The notes under the pieces were generated by a model. The model saw only the letters and a list, made by a program, of their open reading frames with translations, was not told where the DNA came from and made no database searches. The position numbers and the translations under genes were made by a program. A stretch of DNA of 34,929 nucleotides from Acinetobacter sp. (GTDB lineage: Bacteria; Pseudomonadota; Gammaproteobacteria; Pseudomonadales; Moraxellaceae), in the NCBI GenBank assembly GCA_047605045.1, contig JASGGM010000001.1:1-34929 (forward strand), given 5' to 3'. Positions 30,035 through 34,929 of the stretch are shown here, piece after piece (position 1 is the first letter of the stretch; each line of letters starts with the position of its first letter).

Positions 30035-30679
30035 TTATTTGAAATATGCGCCTTCAGCCTGAGTATGATCAGTTTGATCAACCACACGTTGTAGCTCAGG
30101 TATATATTGCCGTAATGTAGTTTCAACCCCTTGTTTTAAGGTCACATCAATTGCAGAACATCCCTGACAACCACCACCGAATTTAAGTACGGCCGTTAAA
30201 CCTTTTTCAGCATCATCAATGACTTCAACCAAAGCACAATTACCACCATGTCCCGCCAAGCCAGGATTAATTTCCGATTGTAAGACGTAAATAATACGTT
30301 CCTCGATTGAAGCATCTGGGCCAACACGTGGAACTTTCGAATTTGGTGCACGAAAAGTCAGCTGACCACCGAAACGATCTTTGTTATAGTCAATGACGGC
30401 ATCACGCAGATATGGAATTGAAGGTGCATCAATATACGCTGGAAAATCTGGGTAGTCTTGTTTATAGTCAGTTGGAATAACTTCCTCTGGCGCGCTATAA
30501 GCCATACAGCATTCTGCTCGAGGGGTTCCTGGATTTTCGACGAATACACGTACACCAATACCTGGCGTATCTTGTTTTGCCAATAGCTCATATAAATATT
30601 CCTGAGCTGTTGGTGTAATTAGTAAATTTGGAATTTCGTCTGCTTCTGCCACCGCAGTGTCAATGTTCTCAGTCGACAT
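30035..30679 (-). CDS. nfuA: Fe-S biogenesis protein NfuA
   Basis: Degenerate A-type domain (NPGTPRAECCMAY) plus Nfu domain INPGLAGHGG and GGGCQGC. Confidence 0.96.
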   Translation of the reverse strand: MSTENIDTAVAEADEIPNLLITPTAQEYLYELLAKQDTPGIGVRVFVENPGTPRAECCMAYSAPEEVIPTDYKQDYPDFPAYIDAPSIPYLRDAVIDYNKDRFGGQLTFRAPNSKVPRVGPDASIEERIIYVLQSEINPGLAGHGGNCALVEVIDDAEKGLTAVLKFGGGCQGCSAIDVTLKQGVETTLRQYIPELQRVVDQTDHTQAEGAYFK

Positions 30680-30803
30680 AACATTTTCCTCAATCTGAAG
30701 ACCATATTTTAACTGAAGATGTGGGGTAATTGAGAAAAATCAACTAAAATTGTCGGAATTCTTTTTTTCACCCCCATCATTTTCTTCTTGGCGATTATTT
30801 TCT

Positions 30804-31421
30804 ATGTTGCATTTGCCCTTTAGTCACAGTTTAACGTTAATCATCATTACAGTTTTGATTTCTCTACTGGCATTTTCGAAACAGTCAGTCATGAATCGTT
30901 TAATTTTTTGGCCACCTGCAATGCAAAAGGGCCAATATGATCGGTTCATTACCCATGGTTTTGTACATGCCGATGGTATGCATTTGTTATTTAATATGAT
31001 CACGCTGTTCTTTTTTGGTAGTGCCATCGAAAAGTTTTATCGTCTTTATGCCTACGACATGGGATTTGTGCTTTTTTATTTAGGGGCACTGATTTTTGCA
31101 ATTTTGCCAAGTTATGTGAAGCATAAAAAAGATTATCAGTGGGCAAGCTTAGGTGCATCTGGTGCAGTTTCAGCTGTACTTTTTGCATTTATTTTATTTC
31201 GTCCATGGAATTTAATTTTTGTATTTTTCATCCCAGTTCCAGCCATCATTTTCGCAGTATTGTATATCGCCTATAGCATTTGGTCGGCTCGCCGTTCAGG
31301 ACAACATGTGAATCACAGTGCACATCTTTGGGGAGCTGCCTACGGTGTGATTGTCACGATTTTACTAAATCCTAAAATAGTGCCACATTTTTTCAATGAA
31401 TTATTGAGTTTTAATTTTTAA
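30804..31421 (+). CDS. Rhomboid family intramembrane serine protease
   Basis: FVHADGMHLLFNM, LGASGA and NHSAHLWGA. The ATG at 30804 is preferred over the TTG at 30750. Confidence 0.9.
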   Translation: MLHLPFSHSLTLIIITVLISLLAFSKQSVMNRLIFWPPAMQKGQYDRFITHGFVHADGMHLLFNMITLFFFGSAIEKFYRLYAYDMGFVLFYLGALIFAILPSYVKHKKDYQWASLGASGAVSAVLFAFILFRPWNLIFVFFIPVPAIIFAVLYIAYSIWSARRSGQHVNHSAHLWGAAYGVIVTILLNPKIVPHFFNELLSFNF

Positions 31422-31581
31422 AGTATTTGAATCAATCTCTTTTTCGATTGTATTTCCTCTATTTTAATGAGAGGAAATACATTTTTACTTAAAAAAAGAG
31501 CAATCATGCTAAAAGAAATCGCATTGAATTTGGCATAATAAAATACAATTGTACAGAAACAGCATAAAAAGGAATTCGTAC

Positions 31582-33138
31582 ATGGGAAATTTAGTTGAAG
31601 GCATTCAATTTCCAGTTGATTCAAAAACGCAAAAAGCCAGTACTTCTCGGACTGGACAAGCTGTTTTGTCGGAAGCACTGGCATTGGTCGATAATAAAAC
31701 CTCACAACAAATCAGTATCGAAAAAAACTGGCGTAAACATTATCCAGTCTATTTTAAGAAAATGGTTGAGCTGAGTATTCGGCACCCCGATAAAGCCATT
31801 GAAATCGCTCAAAAAGGATTAAAAAAAGCACATCAGATTTTTGATTTTTATCGTGAGGGTCAACGTTTTAGTTTAAAAGACATGATGGCTGTACCTAAAA
31901 TTCAGAAACTCTATACTGTGAGTGTTCAGGGTAAACATCATCAACCACCCGAATGGTTTGTGCCGTATCAAGGACAAAAATTACAAGGACAGGCATTACT
32001 CACACAAATTGCTGAATGGGAATTACGCGGTATTATTGAACCTAGCCATGCTCAAGCCTTGCGTGAAGTGCAGGCTCATCCTGAGTGGCTCGATTTATCA
32101 GATCGTACATTTGTTTTATTTGGTGCGGGTTCCGAAGCAGGCCCCTTACCGTGGTTGGCAAAATGGAAAGCCAATATTGTCGCCATCGACCTCAATAACG
32201 CCCATGTTTGGACACGTATTTTAAAGACAATCGAAGACGGCAATGCCACTTTAATTGCGCCAAGTACTGAATCGCTTAAACAGAATTTAACAAGCGAACA
32301 ATTGGCCGAAAAACTTGGGGTCAACTTACTCACACAAACACCCGATATCGCACACTGGCTAAGTTTAATGCCAGAAAAACTTGATCTTGCCGCAATTGCT
32401 TATCTGGATGGTGAAAAGCACGTTCGTGTTGCATTGGCTATGGATGCGATTTTGCAAGAAGTTTCTGCAAAAAAACAGAATACCAGTCTCATGTTTATGT
32501 GTACCCCAACCGATGTCTATGCAGTCCCTGAAGAAGTGATGAAAAAGGCAGAACAGAAAGTTCACCAACGTTCTACCCTACAAAAACTTTTGGCATTCGG
32601 AGTTTCAAATTTCAGTATTCAACATTTTTTAAAACCGCATACGCATCAGCAAATTGACGCTGAAAATGGTCAAACTTATAGTATTTCTGATTGTTTGGTG
32701 ATTGAACAAGGACCAAATTATGCACTTGCTAAACGTATTCAACAATGGCGAGCATTAGTCGCACGTGCGCAAGGTCAGCATGTATGTATTAATATCGCAC
32801 CATCAACAACCACGAAATCGGTCACCAAAAACCCACTTTTAAAAGCAGCATTTCGTGGCGCACATTTATTTGATGTCGAATCTTTTGAACCTGAGACGAC
32901 GAATGCCATTATGGCAGCAATGTGGATTCATGATCTACGTAATCCAGATGCGTTATCCAATCCAAAAAATGATTTAGAGCACCCATTACAGCTAATCATG
33001 GATGGTGCAAATCATGGCGGAATGTGGAATGCAGCCTACTTGGTTCGTACTGCATTACCCTTTGCCGCATTATATGGACTGGCAGCGGAAAAATTACCCA
33101 TTGGGAAACGAAGAAACCGCCAATCATCTCAAGAATAA
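31582..33138 (+). CDS. Hypothetical protein with SDR/Rossmann-like motifs
   Basis: ATG 31582 follows AAAGGA; motifs VLFGAGSEAGP, IVAIDL, NYALAK and INIAPSTTT. Confidence 0.8.
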   Translation: MGNLVEGIQFPVDSKTQKASTSRTGQAVLSEALALVDNKTSQQISIEKNWRKHYPVYFKKMVELSIRHPDKAIEIAQKGLKKAHQIFDFYREGQRFSLKDMMAVPKIQKLYTVSVQGKHHQPPEWFVPYQGQKLQGQALLTQIAEWELRGIIEPSHAQALREVQAHPEWLDLSDRTFVLFGAGSEAGPLPWLAKWKANIVAIDLNNAHVWTRILKTIEDGNATLIAPSTESLKQNLTSEQLAEKLGVNLLTQTPDIAHWLSLMPEKLDLAAIAYLDGEKHVRVALAMDAILQEVSAKKQNTSLMFMCTPTDVYAVPEEVMKKAEQKVHQRSTLQKLLAFGVSNFSIQHFLKPHTHQQIDAENGQTYSISDCLVIEQGPNYALAKRIQQWRALVARAQGQHVCINIAPSTTTKSVTKNPLLKAAFRGAHLFDVESFEPETTNAIMAAMWIHDLRNPDALSNPKNDLEHPLQLIMDGANHGGMWNAAYLVRTALPFAALYGLAAEKLPIGKRRNRQSSQE

Positions 33139-33158
33139 TGCTGCGTTTATCGGCATTA

Positions 33159-33193
33159 AAAAAGCCTTTGTGGCAATCCCACAAAGGCTTTTT
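33159..33193. terminator. Bidirectional intrinsic terminator
   Basis: AAAAAGCCTTTGTGG-CAATC-CCACAAAGGCTTTTT has perfect 15-bp arms. Confidence 0.88.
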
Positions 33194-33214
33194 ATTGTCT
33201 AATACATTGTCGTG

Positions 33215-34834
33215 TTAAACAAATTGTAAAAATAACCAGTACAAGCCACCTGAAAGGCAGATGGTTGCGGGTAATGTAAAAATCCATGCAGAAATAATGG
33301 TTTTTACTGTCGCAAAATTTAAGCCAGATTTATTTGCCACCATTGTACCCGCAACTGCACTATTTAAAACGTGCGTGGTCGAAACAGGCATACCTAATCC
33401 GTCTGCTGCTGCGATTGTGGTCATAGCAACCAATTCAGCCGACATACCCTGACCATAAGTCATATGGTTTTTACCAATACGCTCGCCTACAGTCACAACA
33501 ATTCGCTTCCATCCAACCATGGTGCCTAAACCAAGTGCTAAAGCCACTGCGACTTTCACCCAGTTTGGAATATATTGTAAGAATGAATCGATACTACTAC
33601 GGTAGGATTTAATCACCTGCGCATCCTGTTGTGACATTTCAGGCAAAGCTTTGGCTTTGTCTAAACGTTTAAACGAGGTTGTACTCAGGTACATATCATT
33701 GCGAATTTCACCAATGGCTGTTTCAGGAATATCTTTTAAATCGCCATAACCTGCAACACGTTGCCCCAAATGCTGGTTAAGCGTTGCCAATGCAGGCACA
33801 ACGTCTGGTGTCACTTGTTTATTTTGAATATAACGCGTCAAAATTTGGCGAGATTGTTCATCAGTCAAATTGCTTGGTTGATGTTGCAATACTACTGCTG
33901 TTTGTGCCGATAGCTTCTCGAAAGATTGTACTTGCGCTGTATCTAAATTTTTATTCAATGAATACGCCATTGGAACCAAGCCAATCAAAATCAGCATGAT
34001 CAGCCCCATCCCTTTCTGTCCATCATTCGAACCATGTGCAAAACTTACACCTGTACAGGTAAAAATGAGCACAGCACGGATAATCGGTGGTGGCGGTTTA
34101 TTCCCTTTTGGTGGCTGAAACAGCTCCAAATGGCGTTTAAAAATAACTTTAACCAGTAAGAAAACCACAGCCGCAAGTGCAAAACCAATGAGTGGAGAGA
34201 ACAATAAGGCCTTGCCGACTTTAATCACTTGCTCCATGTCAATACCACTCGCGGTACCTTCTGCACTCAGGAAATGGTTCATAATCCCCACACCCAAGAT
34301 TGAGCCGATCATTGTATGCGAGCTAGATGCTGGGATTCCCAGAAACCATGTACCGAGATTCCAAAGAATAGCAGCAATCAACAAAGCAAATACCATTGCA
34401 AAGCCTGTACCACTCCCCACATTCATAATGAGTTCGACAGGCAACAATGCAATAATGCCGTAAGCAACCGCACCACTTGCTAACATAACACCCAAAAAGT
34501 TACAAAAACCTGCCCACATTACTGCCACAGGTGCAGGAAGCGCATTGGTATAAATAACAGTCGCAACAGCATTTGCAGTATCGTGAAAGCCATTGACAAA
34601 CTCAAACCCCAAAGCAATGAGCAATGCTGTAGACAATAAAATAATTGAAAATAGACTCAATGGCGGCACAGTCGCCAAGTCCGTAGAAATTTGTAAAGCA
34701 ATATAAATAAGAGTCGCAACAATAACCGTCAGGAACACCGGCTTGAAAAACTTCGGTGTCGGTGCATGTACGTTCAATGATTCTGTTGGATCAAGATGTA
34801 CTGACTTATGTTCAGGGGGAATATTTGAATTCAT
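33215..34834 (-). CDS. pitA: Inorganic phosphate transporter, PiT family
   Basis: NGFHDTANAVAT, PASSSH, FAHGSNDGQKGMG and GMPVSTTH. Confidence 0.93.
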   Translation of the reverse strand: MNSNIPPEHKSVHLDPTESLNVHAPTPKFFKPVFLTVIVATLIYIALQISTDLATVPPLSLFSIILLSTALLIALGFEFVNGFHDTANAVATVIYTNALPAPVAVMWAGFCNFLGVMLASGAVAYGIIALLPVELIMNVGSGTGFAMVFALLIAAILWNLGTWFLGIPASSSHTMIGSILGVGIMNHFLSAEGTASGIDMEQVIKVGKALLFSPLIGFALAAVVFLLVKVIFKRHLELFQPPKGNKPPPPIIRAVLIFTCTGVSFAHGSNDGQKGMGLIMLILIGLVPMAYSLNKNLDTAQVQSFEKLSAQTAVVLQHQPSNLTDEQSRQILTRYIQNKQVTPDVVPALATLNQHLGQRVAGYGDLKDIPETAIGEIRNDMYLSTTSFKRLDKAKALPEMSQQDAQVIKSYRSSIDSFLQYIPNWVKVAVALALGLGTMVGWKRIVVTVGERIGKNHMTYGQGMSAELVAMTTIAAADGLGMPVSTTHVLNSAVAGTMVANKSGLNFATVKTIISAWIFTLPATICLSGGLYWLFLQFV

Positions 34835-34883
34835 GCAGTCATGTAAAGAGGATCAAAAAGTCCGCTTATTCTTCATTTAAATT

Positions 34884-34901
34884 GTGACAATAATATGACA
34901 T
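34884..34901 (-). promoter_or_regulatory. Pho box upstream of pit
   Basis: Minus strand ATGTCAT-ATTA-TTGTCAC (6/7 + 6/7 to consensus, 11-bp period), followed after 10 bp by a weak -10 AAGAAT. Confidence 0.7.
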
Positions 34902-34929
34902 TCCGCCCTCTGGGAAAATCTATTTTTAT

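Noticed and set aside
31418-31705. 95-aa minus-strand ORF between the rhomboid and the SDR-like gene
   Set aside because: It overlaps the plus-strand gene start and its promoter region, and its composition reflects AT-rich intergenic DNA.
1-34929. CRISPR arrays, tandem repeat arrays, IS elements, tRNA/rRNA, prophage or defence genes
   Set aside because: I saw none by eye. Intergenic gaps are short (under 330 bp) and mostly explained by promoters and terminators. A covariance-model scan was not possible, so small ncRNAs cannot be excluded.

Overview
Chromosomal segment that looks like Acinetobacter (Moraxellaceae), judged from gene content, gene order and the AT-rich sequence. It is almost entirely housekeeping or conserved genes. 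In order: the 3' part of a TonB-dependent receptor, an alpha/beta hydrolase, sppA, an lpxL-type acyltransferase, comEC, lolD and lolC/E, a DMT transporter, yaiI, a hypothetical gene, serC, a TolC-HlyD-2x ABC-2-permease operon with no ATPase, ppk1, mtgA, a rhomboid, ybbP/ybbA/tesA, a beta-carbonic anhydrase, a hypothetical gene, a Fur-boxed CirA/IrgA-type TonB receptor, nfuA, a second rhomboid, an SDR-like hypothetical gene and a Pit transporter. I saw no IS elements, integrases, tRNA/rRNA genes or CRISPR arrays, and no unambiguous new multi-gene system. The best leads are (1) a +1 frameshift that breaks the HlyD adaptor of the ATPase-less exporter, (2) an unannotated 47-aa single-TM small ORF with a 14-bp operator-like palindrome upstream and a terminator downstream, (3) a ~518-aa hypothetical protein with recognisable SDR catalytic motifs, (4) Pho-box promoters at both ppk1 and pit, and (5) a terminator that separates comEC from lolCD. 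All calls come from reading motifs by eye; no database searches were run.
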